From Eledone cirrhosa (taxonomy: Eukaryota): DNA of 64,000 bases. The notes under the pieces are model-generated. The model did no database searches. It had not been told where the DNA came from and saw only the letters and a program-made list of their open reading frames with translations. This document shows, piece by piece, positions 40,971 to 55,367 of the stretch (its first letter is position 1; each line of letters opens with the position of its first letter). Both the position numbers and the translations under genes were made by a program. The stretch spans positions 322,214,001 to 322,278,000 of the forward strand of contig OZ024742.1 in assembly GCA_964016885.1 (NCBI GenBank). The letters run 5' to 3'.

Positions 40971-41236
40971 ATTAAAAAATGGTTAAAAAATGATTAAAAC
41001 TTCACTGCCCACAAGTGTTTTTTAAGCTTCATATCACGTCTCCCTATTTTATCTGATGAGAACGCAAATATCATCCCATGATGATATTTGTTTTTTAAAT
41101 GCGCATAATAAAATACTTGGAACTCTTTTAACCATCTTTTGATCTTATATTATTTATACTCCAGTCCTATAAACTGTTGAGTGCTTCTTATCCGATATTT
41201 GCATTGCTTTATTGTGCTACAATAAAACTCACCTCC

Positions 41237-41240
<4 letters not shown>
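40967..41240 (+). mobile_element. PLE terminus, UGCGCA-HHR family; HHR 41045-41115 with G12 lost; short inverted arm on the left
   Basis: Homologous to 16205-16400 and 43088-43355. Confidence 0.75.
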
Positions 41241-41308
<68 letters not shown>

Positions 41309-41374
41309 TACATATATATATATGCATATATATATATGCATATATATATATACATATATATATATACATATATA

Positions 41375-41431
<57 letters not shown>

Positions 41432-41450
41432 CTATACATACATATATATA

Positions 41451-41533
<83 letters not shown>

Positions 41534-41601
41534 GCATATGTGTGTGTGTGTATATATATATAATATATATATATTTGTGTATGTATGTATGTATATCCAT
41601 T

Positions 41602-41691
<90 letters not shown>

Positions 41692-41949
41692 GTGTGTATG
41701 TGTGTAAAAGGTAAACGGAAATAACAAAACAAATGGCACAGTACATAGAAGAAATATATTAGTTTAACGCTTGAAATAGCAGGAAGAGAGTCTTAACGTT
41801 TCTGACGTGTCTGTGTGTGTGTGTGCGTGTGTGCGTGTGTGCGCGTGTGTGTGTGCGAGCGTGTGTGTGTGAGAGAGAGAGAGTGTGTCTGTGTGTGTAT
41901 AAATCATAATTTTCATAATTTCACTTCCTATATATATATATATATATAT

Positions 41950-42770
41950 AAGATGGTTTGCGAGATTGTGACGTGGTGAGTTCCCCTTGGAAGATCACAG
42001 TTGCTGTGGAAGACCCTCAATCTTAGATGACGATATTTTGAAGGTAACCATTGAAGAAAACGTTGCGACCAGAGGACTTACAGTTTCCAAAAGTACTGTT
42101 CACAAACACCTAATGAACCTTGGGTATGTTTCTCGTTATGGTGTTTGGGTGACTCTCAAACTGCCAGAACAAAACTGCATGGACCGGTACACCATATGTG
42201 ATATGCTTCTGAAACGCAATGAAAATAAGTCTTTCCTGAAACAACTGATAGCTGGAGATGGAAATTGGATTGTTTACGATAATATAGTGAGAAAAAGATC
42301 CTGGGGTTTGCCTGAGGATCCTCCAAACAGCTTCCAAAGCAAAATATTCGTTCAAAGAAAGTCATACTTTGTATCTGCTGGGCTTTCAAAGGCATTATTT
42401 ATTTTCAGCTACTCCCACAAAATCAGGCCATCAATTCTGATGTGTGCTGCCATCAGTTAACACATTTGAATTAGAAGATCAAGGAATTGAGGCCTAAGCT
42501 CCCCAACAGGAAATAGGTTGTGTTCCACCAGGACAATACCCGCCTACATGTCTTTGGATACCCGCACAAAGTTGCATGAACTTGGGTGGGATGTCTTGCC
42601 CAATCACCATATTCTCCTGATATTGTACCATCTGACTATTATTTGTTTTTGTCTCTGTAGAATTCTCTAAAAGGGAAATCATTTAATAATTTAGATGGTG
42701 TTAAAACCCACTTAGATGGCTTCTTTTCCTCAAAAACAACTGAGTTTTATGCCAATGGAATATTTAACAA
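41950..42770 (+). pseudogene. mariner (DD34D-type) transposase relic
   Basis: GRPS..DDD.LK, WV.LKL, IAGDGNWIVYDN, FHQDN, YSPDIVPSDYYLF; frameshifts and stops. Confidence 0.9.
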
Positions 42771-42865
42771 TCGCAATTACTTTAATGAGAGTATGTTTAT
42801 AATTTCTCATGTTTGTATTGCGCTTTAAAAAAAAGCGTTTTGGGGGTGATATATATATATATATA

Positions 42866-43007
42866 TATCACCCCATGCCAGAATGGGAAATGGGAAATGA
42901 AATGACGAAAATTATGATTTATACACGCACACACATATACGTGTGTGTGTGTGTGTATAAATCATAATTTTCGTCATTTCACTTCCCATTTCCCATTCTG
43001 GCATGGG

Positions 43008-43012
<5 letters not shown>
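42866..43012. repeat. Near-perfect ~145-bp palindrome between (TA)n runs
   Basis: TCACCCCATGCCAGAATGGGAAATGGGAA...TTCCCATTTCCCATTCTGGCATGGGGTGA. Confidence 0.85.
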
Positions 43013-43090
<78 letters not shown>

Positions 43091-43250
43091 GAGGTGAGTT
43101 TTATTGTAGTACAATAAAGCAATGCAGATATCGGATAAGAAGCACTCTACAATTTGTAGGACTGGAGTATACATAATATATAAGATCAAAAGATGGTTAA
43201 ATGAGTTCCATGTATTGTCAAGTGTTTTTAACCTTCATATCATGTCCTCC

Positions 43251-43321
43251 TATTTTATCTGATGAAAACACAAATGTTATTGCATGATGATATTTGTTTT
43301 TGAAATGCGCATAATAAAATA
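43251..43321 (+). ncRNA. Hammerhead (UGCGCA family) in the short arm of a two-arm insertion 43088-43355
   Basis: UAUUUUAU CUGAUGA AAACACAAAU...AUUUGUUUUU GAAA UGCGCA UA^AUAAAAUA. Confidence 0.8.
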
Positions 43322-44124
43322 CATGGAACTCATTTAACCATCTTTTGATCTTATATATTATATATATATATATATGTGTGTGTGCGTAAATATGAGAATA
43401 AACGTGCTGCGGGGTTGCTAATGGGTTACATATGAATAAAGTTAGTCCTTCATCAGTGATCTTCCGACCATCATTGGTATTTCATCGCTTTAAAGACCAT
43501 ATACCTCCGGTTGGTGCGAGCAACGGCTAAAAAAAGTCGTTGGGACACGTAAATAAAGGGGACACGAGTGTAAACAAACAAAAAGGGTGAAGCAACGAAA
43601 AGTGAGGAAGAAGGAGTCAAGTCCCAAATTTCTATGAATTTAAATTCGGTGAAATCGTGAACGAGAGAGAATAAAGACCATGAGAGAGAGAGTGGGGGGG
43701 GCGAAGAGTAGTTCGCCTGCGAAACCAGAATTTCCATAATATTTATAGATAAATAGATAGATCATGCTGTCTAATATAATTGTTTATAGGACTTTCCGGA
43801 AAAACTGTAATCGTTATAATTCTCATTATAACACAATAAAATTAACACATAACGACATTCCCTTTATTATAACAAATTTATATAAACTGGTTTTGTTATA
43901 AAATTACATTATGTGGGGTTAAAGAGTTCGTTTCCTAACTAGGGCCGGCGCTACCATTAAGCCCAACTAGGCAGTCGCCTATGGTGCACACTTCAGAAAA
44001 GGGCATTACCGAACTTTAAAGGATCACAGTTATATTTTGGTAAGGTCCCGTAACTCCCGTAACACCTGATAGAGTCGTTGGGGCGTTTCTTGAGCATTTC
44101 AAGCCTGGCTGAGCCCATCCCTCT

Positions 44125-44270
44125 AGACTGGTACTTTTTTTTATCGACCTCGAAAGAATGAAAGGCAAAGTTGACCTTAGCGGGATTTGAACTCAGAGAG
44201 CAGAGAGTCGGAACGAATATCATAAAGCATTGTAATCGATATTCTAACGACTCTGCCAATTCGCCGCCTA
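44125..44270 (-). mobile_element. SINE family A (diverged); further fragments at 44590-44805
   Basis: Core and B box. Confidence 0.75.
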
Positions 44271-45426
44271 TAACAGTTTTATACAAATTTATATAATTAA
44301 CTTAAATATATAATCATTTCTTGCGATCAATAAATAAATGGCCAAAATGTTTTGCCGTGTAGCAGCGTCTTAATTTGTCACATAATTTGAGTGTGGACAG
44401 TGTAGTAGAAAATACAGGCTTAGTAATCCTCTTAGTGTGGTCTGAGCAAAAATTGTCAAAAACAAGGTTCGTTAGCTTGCCAAACAGTAAGTTGAAATTA
44501 TTTTCCACAAGCCAAGAGCGTTAAATGCCCAGACGTCAGCGCTGTTACCACGTTGTTTCGGGTTCAACACTGGTCAATTATCCTCTACTGTAGCCTCATG
44601 TTTGACTTCGGTGGGATTAGAAAGTAGAAAACAGAAAGCCACAACGAATAACAAAGCATTAAATCGGACGCTCTAACGGACTCTGTCAATTTGCCGCCTG
44701 AGTATATGATTTCTAATTTAGATACAAAGCCAGAAATTGGGAAACTTGATTATACCGACCCCATTATTTTACTGGTACTTTATTTTATCGAACTCGAAAA
44801 GATTAAAATATAACAAGTTAATATTTTGCTGATTAGTTAGTTTATAACTATTTTCTGTTAAATCTTCTACGCCGTAACTGAAAATCAGTGAAAATCAATG
44901 AAGTGGTTAGGGAGTTCGATTCCCAGCGGTGTGTTATGTCAAGACACTTTATTTCACATTATTCCAGTTCACTCAGCTGGCAAAAATGAGTTACGCCTAT
45001 TATTCGAAGAGCCAGCCATGTCACATTTTGTTTACGCTGAATCTCATTGAAGGATATTCGTGCGTGTTTTGGGAATACTCAGCCACTTGTACGTTAATTT
45101 CACAAGCAGGCTGGTCCCTTGATCGAATCAATGGGAACACTCTTCAGCAGAGACGACGGTGGCCCAACACACCCACACAATAGACTGTAACTCAACATTG
45201 TGAGTTCATGACCTCAACTATTTAGGCAGGTCACGACTGACAAGAATGATACCGATTTCGATGGAGGGGGGGATTTTCTCGAGTTTACGTGCAGCCTACC
45301 ACGTGTCACACCTGACGGTGCATACATTTACTTGTAAATGAGATGCAATAAGCAACCAGCCGTCCAAGATGACTTAATATATCCCGTAGAATGCGATAAA
45401 GAGAACCTGATAACGAGTTAAATTTG

Positions 45427-45467
<41 letters not shown>

Positions 45468-45595
45468 TGAGAGTGAGAGAGAGAGAGAGAGAGGGGGGGT
45501 GCAAAATCCTGCGTGCGGCGCACGCATATATATATACATACATACGTACGTATGTAGGTACGTACGTGCGTACGTACAAACACACACATACACAC

Positions 45596-45643
<48 letters not shown>

Positions 45644-46964
45644 TCACCCATGTCATCAACGTTTAGAAATTGCGTTCTTTGTCAGGTAGCGGTTACGTGC
45701 ACAAGAACATTCGGTCAAACAGTAACTGGACACGTACGCAATACGTATGAACAGAGTATAAGTTTATTTTTCGAAGAAAAATTTGGCAATGACTTAGAAT
45801 CCATTCTATGTCTACTTTGCCATTCGAACTTATCTAAAATGCTGCACAACGGAATCGAACCCAGAACTGGGTAATGGTGATTATGAAATAAACTTCTTAA
45901 CCCTCAGTTATGCGTTAGTATAAGGATTCACTTAGCATTATAAATTATATTTGAAATATTGTTAAATTTACACAGCCACACCTGTTAAAATGGAAATATA
46001 CAGATTAATGTTTCTTAACAAGATTATCACTTGCTAATGGGAGTTCTGGTGATGTTACTGACATGAATGTGACATAAACTAATCCAAAGATCTAATAATC
46101 GCTAGTACGACAGTACTGATGATAAATCCTCATATACTGACTTTTAAGAAGAACTTTAAAGTCAGCAAACGTTTATTCATACAATATGTGCTGTATGAAT
46201 AAACTGTTCATTTGACAAACATTGTCCTACTATACACGTAGACTTGGGTTTGGCTGATTTGGTTAGGAAGTTCATTTTGTAATGATTAATTCACGAATTC
46301 GTTCCACCCGCGAGGAATATTAGATAAATGTTTGCATTGATTTTTTTTTTAATATAGCTTTGTATTGATCCAAGCTTTGTGATTGGAATCGGATGCACGG
46401 ATAATATTTGGAAGCACCTTGGATGAACTGAACCTATTACGATACACATATCTGTGGCGAGGTTAATTCTTTGAATTACAGGTTCGGTCCATGCAATGGA
46501 CTTGCAAACAGTTTCTGTTTACTCAATTTCACTCACAAGGTTTGGGTTGACCCGAGGCTACGGTATGTGTGTAAATGACACTTGGCAAAGATGTCACTCG
46601 GCGGGATTGACACGGGATATTGTGATTGCTGCGACCAGGGATATTTTAGAGCATAATAGAAGAGGCACCGTAAACGAGGTGCCAACGGCAAGGATGGCTT
46701 CCAACCATTTCTTCGTCGAAGTTTCCAGACAGTTTCACTCACAAGGCTTAGGTAAACTTATGGCTATGGTAAAAGGAACTTGCCCCCAAAATGCCATATA
46801 GTAGGAATAAACCTGAGACCTTAGCTATTTGAGCAAGCTGCACCAGATGGCAATAAGTATAACTTCACTTGGACTTGTGATCATTACATCTCATCACTCC
46901 TCGAAGGTTATACTTTAGCAATCCAAGAGCAAAACAAGCTACTAAACAACTTCTTCTTTGCCCA

Positions 46965-47275
46965 CTTATTCCTAAGAGGGTCGTGTGAGCAGAATTCTCA
47001 AACACTCCTTCCAGCGGGTCCGGCTAGAAGCAACGGTCTCCAACTGATCCGGCTGGATCCCAAGTTCATGGATGTTATCCAACCATCCTGCTCGGGGTCT
47101 ACCCCTGGGTCTCTTTCCGGTTGGTTTTGTCCGTAAAATCTGTCAAGCGATTCTTTCCCAGAACATTCTAACCACAGAATACCTTCTCTATTTAAGGCTT
47201 TTAACATCTCGAGCTGGATTTCATCTTCCCCGGTGGCTTTGCCACATTTGAGCTTACTGAATAGCTGTTGAGCGA
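46965..47275 (-). pseudogene. Internally deleted RTE-like LINE fragment
   Basis: KLKCGKATGEDEIQLEMLKAL..GILWL joined to RPRGRPRTRWLDNI..LGI..SRTRWKECL. Confidence 0.7.
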
Positions 47276-47806
47276 AATATATAGTTTACGCTCTTTGGCT
47301 CAGAGATATTTAAACCTCAAAGATGTTTCGAAACCTTTTGTTGGTGTGTAGAAATTTTCTCATCTAGATCAATAGCGGGGTGGTTATCCAACAGTTTAAG
47401 GGGATACGACTAGAACCATCCTAGTAAAATGAGTCCTTCTTGAAATGATTCGGTCTTGTGTTGGTTAAGGACTTCGCTACCTTCATTCATGAGAGCTTGA
47501 TAAAGATATTTATTTGGATAGAGATATATATTTGGATGTGATTATTATTGTTGTTGTTGTTGTTGTGGTGGTGGTGGTGTTGGGGGTGATACTGGTGGTG
47601 GTGATGATTGTAGTAGTGGTAGTAGTGATGACTGTGGTGATGGTAGTGGTTGTGATGATGATGAAAGTGGTGGGGCAGAAGTGAAGGCGATGGTGGTTGT
47701 CTGAATGATACCAGACGACCGCTACTAAAAAGCTGTCTGGACTGAACATAAGCCTATTTCAACGCTGTTTTTCTTTCACATACACATATGCGCAGAAATA
47801 TACATA

Positions 47807-47936
<130 letters not shown>

Positions 47937-48219
47937 TGTTTCTTTTATTTGCCACCAGGGCATCAAAAGTGGGACAAGTACAATGGGGGAGTTTACAAAA
48001 CAAGGCGTCCTCAATAAGGAGGAGGCAATAACAATATATAAAAATAAAATAAAATATAACAAAAAATAAAATTTATAACAAAGTCCTCAATAGAGAGGAG
48101 GCGCCTTGGGGGGTCGCACACACCCCCGAAAAAAGTGTGCAACCCTTCTCCTCAGGAGCACAGAGAAGGGGTGCTCCCTTGGTCTTTCATCTTCCTCACC
48201 TATAGTCTGATGTAGAGTG

Positions 48220-48265
<46 letters not shown>

Positions 48266-48477
48266 TCTTTATATACATACATATATATATACAAACATAA
48301 GTGTGCGTGAATATTATATATAAGCCACACGAGCTATGATACTTGATAAATAAGAATGTATGTATAACTGTATGTACGCATTTGTTATATATTGGGTCGT
48401 TAATTATGAAATTTGTAGAAATTTGTTTTTTTTTCTACAAATTTCTACAAATTTCATACTTGACGACTCAATATATA

Positions 48478-48513
<36 letters not shown>

Positions 48514-48896
48514 TGTATGTATGTATGTATGTATGTATGCGTTCGTGTGTATGTTTTGCTGATTGTGTCTGTGCTGGTTACTTCATCCATTAACAGATTA
48601 AAAGAGGAGAAAATGGTTGGAAAACCGACCACAGGCAGCCATGTTCCGCTAGTTTGAAGACGAAGTAACTGTGGTCATCTTTAAGTGCAGACAGTCGTTC
48701 GGTTCCTTTGTCTTACTGCAAGCACCCCAACCACCATTCCACGCACAGCCTGTCCTCACCCCCACGCACACACTTCAAACTCACACTCACACACACACAC
48801 ACAGATACACTCAAACACACACACAGACATGCAAACATACACACATACTATATACACACAGTGTACACATCCCCACGCACACACACACACACTAGA

Positions 48897-49040
48897 TAAT
48901 TGTTTCTACTTTAGGCACAAGGCCAGCAATTACCCAGTGCATTACTGGTACTTTATTTTATCGACCCCGTAAGGATGAAAGGCAAAGTCAACCTCGGCGG
49001 GATTTGAACTCAGATCGTAAAGGGACGTAACTATGCTGGA
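48897..49040 (-). mobile_element. SINE family A
   Basis: Core and B box. Confidence 0.85.
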
Positions 49041-49121
49041 TGTTTGGTTTGCCTGCTTGAAAACACAGGAGTTGTGTGTAGACTAAGCCATCTTATTGTT
49101 AGATATATTTATGTGTGTCAG

Positions 49122-49164
<43 letters not shown>

Positions 49165-49174
49165 ACACACACAC

Positions 49175-49225
<51 letters not shown>

Positions 49226-49614
49226 AAAAAGAATGACCCCGACGGCAGAGCTCAAGCCGTTTCGACCTATTACCCACTCTACTACCCTAAGTATTGAGTA
49301 CTCTGGTGCGTTATGGTCCTTCTGGTTCCTTACCACAATTCCTTCGTTATATATATATATATAATACATTAACAGAGAAAACTAATAGCGATACTCCGAC
49401 CATATATATATATATACTCGTTTACTCTTTTACCTATTCCAGCCATCCGGCTGAGGCCACATATATATATATATTAATTCATTACCAACACGAACGCTAA
49501 TTATATGCAAACCACTACGCCCATTTCAGACTAATATTAAGGGCGAATGGGTATATATATATATATATACCCACCAAATACATGTTTCTTTGTAGTTGAT
49601 TGAATGATATACAA

Positions 49615-49659
49615 GTCTTCTGATGAGGGTCCAATTAGATCCGAAAATCGATTAAAGAT
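49615..49659 (+). ncRNA. Minimal hammerhead ribozyme, stem III AUCGAU
   Basis: GUCUU CUGAUGA GGGUC CAAUUA GAUCC GAAA AUCGAU UA^AAGAU. Confidence 0.9.
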
Positions 49660-50173
49660 ATTTATCGAATATCGATTAACAATTATCGATGTCGGTAAAG
49701 TTCTGGAAGACGCGAAATTAATCATCAGAGAAATTGTCTTTCGATAAGTTCCAGTAGAGTACAAAATATTTTTATATCTGTCTGATCCGAGAGTTAATTA
49801 ACTGTGGCGGCAGACACAAATAGGACTGGACGTCGTATCCGCTAGAAAGGGGTGCGAAGTACTAGGCACAGTAGCAGACCAACAAATGAAGAAATTGGAG
49901 CAGTTATATACTAATTTAAGGTATCATAACATATATATGTATGAGCAGAAAAGCTCAATGGATATTTGCCCAGAGCATCAATAATTCAAATTAAAAGATG
50001 TATGTATATATACAGAGAGAAAGAGTTATATATCGTTTGAGAAACGCATAGCATTTTGTACATATATATAAGGCAAATAGTTAAGCAAAGGCGCACACTT
50101 TAAGAAGGGAAAGTTATTATTTTCCCTGCCTTACCGTTTCATAATTCGTAAACCGAAGCAAAAATCGATATAT

Positions 50174-50183
50174 ATGTGTGTGC

Positions 50184-50269
<86 letters not shown>

Positions 50270-50294
50270 GTGTGTGTGTGCGTGCGTGTGTGCG

Positions 50295-50347
<53 letters not shown>

Positions 50348-50366
50348 GTGTGTGTGTGTGCGTGCG

Positions 50367-50425
<59 letters not shown>

Positions 50426-50478
50426 GTGTGTGTGTGTGTGCGTGCGTGTGTGCGTGTGTGTGTGTGTGTGTGTGTGCG

Positions 50479-50552
<74 letters not shown>
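50174..50552. repeat. (TG)n microsatellite
   Basis: Direct inspection. Confidence 0.95.
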
Positions 50553-50553
<1 letters not shown>

Positions 50554-50596
50554 TTAAGTCTGATCATGGCCGTGTGTGGCGTGAGATATAAAAAAT

Positions 50597-50775
50597 AATT
50601 GTTTCTACTTTTGGCACAAGGCCAGCAAATAACCAGTGTATTACTGGTACTTTTATCGACCCCGTAAGGATGAAAGGCAAAGTTAACCTCGGCGGGATTT
50701 GAACTCAGATGATAAAGTGGCGTAACTCTATGCTACAAAGGATGGCGTCCAACTCTCTACTGATACTGCCAATGG
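50597..50775 (-). mobile_element. SINE family A
   Basis: A box, B box and core. Confidence 0.85.
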
Positions 50776-51064
50776 TAGCGAAGGAGGTGAAGGTGGAAAC
50801 GGGGAAGGAATACATAATAAAAATGGGGGGTGGGGGCAGTAAGTAAAGTGAAAGGAAGAGTAAGTGTTAGTAGAAGTAAAAGAGAGAAAGAGAGAGAGAT
50901 TGTGTGTGATAGAGAGATAGAGAGAGTGTGTGTATGTGTGTGTGTGTCAGCAATAGAGTGAGTGTGTGTATAAAAGAATGTATGTGTGCGAGAGAAATTG
51001 AGATTATGTATGATAGAGAGATAGAGAGAGTGCATATGTGTGTGTGTGTAAAAGAGACTATGTA

Positions 51065-51129
<65 letters not shown>

Positions 51130-51513
51130 TGAGAAGGAGGGGAGGGGGAGAAGGAGGAGGACGACGACGGGGAGAGGAGGGCGAGGAGAAAGAAGAAGAA
51201 GAAGAAGAAGAAGAAGAAGAAGAAGAAGAAGAAGAAGAAGAAGAAGAAGAAGAGGAGCAGGAGCAGGAGGAGGAGGAGGAGGAGGAGGGGGAAGAGGAGG
51301 AAGAGGAGGAGGAAGCTAGAGAGACGTCGAAGTTTCAAGTGAGAGAGTGCAACTTGAAAACATCAGTAGACCCTTGTTTTTAACCCTCAAAGTAGTGCCG
51401 ACATTTCTGGATTGGTCCCTACCCACCTTCATTTTTCAGGCTTGAAATGTCAGTCTGTATGTATGTATTTGGGCGTGTTTGTGAATGGGGTGAGGTACAC
51501 TGCTATTGACAGC

Positions 51514-51589
<76 letters not shown>

Positions 51590-52131
51590 TTCGTACATCT
51601 AAAGATATACGGTATATTTAATAAATAAAGATTTTGAAAGCCACAGCTATGAATAGAAGAGTGACTGCAGCGCGGTCGAGCGGAGTCCAGCAGAAGCAAG
51701 GGGGATAATTGTCTATGCATTTCGAACTTAAATGGTTCTCATCATGACAATGCTTCCCTCTTCCTACTGCTGGACTTCAAGTGAGTGTAAATATATATAT
51801 ATATCTATATACATATATCTATCTACATACATATATCTATCTATCTATCTATATATATATATATATATGTATCACCACCCCACTCTCAAGAGCGTGAAAC
51901 TAATAAACCTTTGTTCGTACTGCCTCTCTGTTTTGTTCCCGTTCAAATTTTTACTATATATATAACGAAGGAAATGTGGTAAGGAACCAGGTGGACCATA
52001 ACGCACCAAAGTACTCAATACTTAGGGTAGTAGAGTGGGTAATAGGAACGAGTAGGACCCCGACGGCTGAGCTCAAATCTGGACTTAGCCGTCGAAACGG
52101 CTTGAGCTCAGCCGTCGGGGTCCTACTCGTT

Positions 52132-52156
<25 letters not shown>

Positions 52157-52177
<21 letters not shown>

Positions 52178-54555
52178 CAAAAAAGTGTTGGTAAAATCCA
52201 GTACTTCGGTATTTCTTGTAGAAGTCAGCAGTGGATTCGAACTGAAATTTCGATTTCAAAGATTCGTCGCACTATAAGTCAATTAACTCCAATTGATATT
52301 CTTCTGCCACTTGCTCCACATCTATTTCGTAAGGAGTACCAAATAACTTAAATAGAGTTCCATATTGCCGGAAGTCAGCAAAACGAGAGGAAAACTCGCT
52401 TCTCAAATCCTTAATAGAGCTCACAAAGATATTTCTCTGTTGTGATTTTGGAGACTTGGGAAATGAGAGTAGTTTCCTTTTTGAAGTTGTGATTCCCACA
52501 GTCGAAGTTTTCTCTCAAAAGCAGTAATTTGACCAAACATCTCAAATACAACATTCTTCTTTCCTTGAAGCTCAAGATTCAAAGTGTTCATGTGGGTCGT
52601 GATGTCCACTAAAAAAGCTAACTTGACAACCCCCTGTGGATCCTGAAAGTAAGAATTATCTTGGTCTTTGCTCTCTAAAAACATAGAAATCTCTTCTCTC
52701 AATGCTAAGCCATCGAACATTTGAAAAATATGTAAGGTCGCCATACTCTGCTTCAATTTGTTTTAGAAATTCTTGAAACTGGCGGTAATTTAGTCCTCTT
52801 GACAATATAAAGTTCACTGTTTTCACGACCACTGCCATGATGTCCTTAAAATTCAGTGACTTTGCACATAATGCTTCTTGATGAATAATGCAATGAAGTT
52901 TGATTAGTTTTTTTATCAATACCGATGTGGTTTTGGAGCAATGCAGCAAACCCCTTCTTTTCCCCAACCATTGCTGGTGCTCCATCTGTGATTACTCCAG
53001 AAAGCTTTGATAAATCCAGATTCATTTCGGTAATCCATTTTATTATGCTTTCCAAAATATCTGCTCCAGTGCTAGTGTCCTTCATAAGAATCAATTGTAC
53101 AAATTCTTCCACAATATCAAATGTTGGTGTTACACCCCTCACAAACACTGCAAGTTGACAAGTATCCTTCATATCTGTGGTTTCATCGATAGCAATGGAA
53201 TAATACTCCAGATTATTTAAAATTCCCTCCAAGCCACTTCTGACATTTGCTGCCAGCTCTTCAATTCGCCTTGTTACTGTTCTTGCCGATAAGCTGATCG
53301 CAGAAAATAATTCCCTTTTTTCTGGACGAACAACATCTGCTACCTTCAACAATAATTCTTTGAAGAAATCTCCATCAGTAAAAGGTTTCATCCTTTCTGC
53401 AATTAGTTTTGACACCTCGTAGCTAGCACGAGTGTTTTGGTCACTTTCTTCAACTTTTCTAGTGAAAAAGGATGATTGCTTTGTTACATTATTTTTCAGC
53501 CGTGCAACTTCATTTACTCGTGCTTTTCCAGTTTAATATTTGAAACTTTCTTCACGGCAATGGTTTCTTGACAAATTAAGCAAACACATTTTCCGAAGCG
53601 CTCAATGAAAAAATAGTTAAGTGTCCAGTCATCGTTAAAAGTTCGGCACTCCAAATCCACTTTTCTTTTCTTAGCTTCCATGGGCTTGTTTTTGTTCAAA
53701 CAAAAAAGATTTATGGAAAGGAAAAAGAACAAAAAGTATAATAATGAGAATGAAGAAATAAGAAACAATGAAAACAAATGTAAATGCAAATACAGTAATG
53801 CGATAAAATATGATAATTGTGAATAAATTATATAAAACCAGGTTTCTAACGACGTTGTTAGATCAGGGTTGCCATTTGTTTTTTTAAACCACTTTTGGCC
53901 TAATTCTAATAATAATAATTCACACAATTTATCACAAATAATTAAATAAACGTTATTATCGAATAAAGATACCTACTGTATAGTTGTTATACCACCAGAC
54001 AACAAACTCAAATGAAAATATTCTGGGGAGGAGGGAACGAAGTAATTTTTCCAAGGACAGCTTTACCTTGTACCGGGGAGCACAGGTAAGGTCAGGCAAA
54101 CGAAGACGACAATAATTCACGAGTGATTTTATTGAATGACAATATGGGTATAAAAGCGAGTCATGCGAACCGTAAGGTAGTATACCTTCCAGTCGCTGAC
54201 GAAAATGCATACTTCCAGCCAACATTTGTGTTTGTTGACTGGAACAAAACCACATACATGAAATCACAGGAAATAATAATACAGGTGATATAATGCTTGG
54301 CGGAAAGCCCAGAAAAAGATGGATAAGAGGAAATAATAATAAATGGAAAATATAATAAGGTTACAAAGGTATCTGTAAATATATACGACATGAGCAACGA
54401 TTTGTGATGGGCATCAGGTCGGCACAACCTTGAAGTGAACTACTGTATCTGTATTCGATACTAATTAGAAAATTAGTGTCCAGTGTAAGATGGCGGGCCG
54501 GAAAAAAATCACTCGAGGGCCGGATGTGGCCCGCGGGCCGGGGGTTTCCGACCCG
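52157..54555 (-). pseudogene. hAT (Charlie/SPIN, GTF2IRD2-like) transposon, frameshifted, 3'-truncated at (TA)n
   Basis: Left terminus GGGTCGGAAACCCCGGCCCGCGGGCCACATCCGGCCC; KKRKVD.ECR.F..W..CLIC, SIAIDETTD, TDGAPAMVG, HCIIHQEALCA, VRWLS. Confidence 0.9.
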
Positions 54556-55189
54556 TTTTAGAGCCTTGGGACATATGAGCTTGTTATGGATAATTTAATG
54601 TTGTCAGCAGGAATAATCTTAATTCTTATTGGTCAGTTTGTAGATGCTTGTAGGATTGGTATTTTACCTCAAAGAGGTCGGTGGTGTTGTAAAGTTCAAA
54701 CCGTCAGGCATATGACTGATTTTCACAAAAAGCATTCCTGGTCAGATATATATTCAATTGAGGTTTATAGTATGACATTCGATACTACAGGGCATTCTTA
54801 AATTGAGGAATTTATGTGGGGTGGTAATACTGAAAATTATGGTTAGAGTCAAATGCTTAGAAAGTTTACATATAAAAAGACTTATGTTGGTTGATTTATA
54901 CATACACTCACACCCACCCCTACAGACACACACACACACACACACACACATCTACACACACAAATCCATACAGATGCGTATATATATGTATGTACACACA
55001 AGTGCGTATATATATACGAGAGAGAGGTAGAACACTGGAAGGTAATATCCGTAGTGGAAAACCACTCAGTCCATGGGACGAGTTAGGTAGAAGTGGTAAC
55101 ACAACAGTTAGTTCACCATACCAAGAACAAATGTTTCACCTTAGCGGATCTTAGAAGATCCACTTAGAAGATCCACTTAGAAGTTACCA

Positions 55190-55271
<82 letters not shown>

Positions 55272-55367
55272 AATGGTCGATCGTCTATCAGCCCGACTGT
55301 CTGTCTGCACAACTTTATCGCCTATATCACCTCTCTGCACGACTGTCTGTCTGAACAACTTTATCGC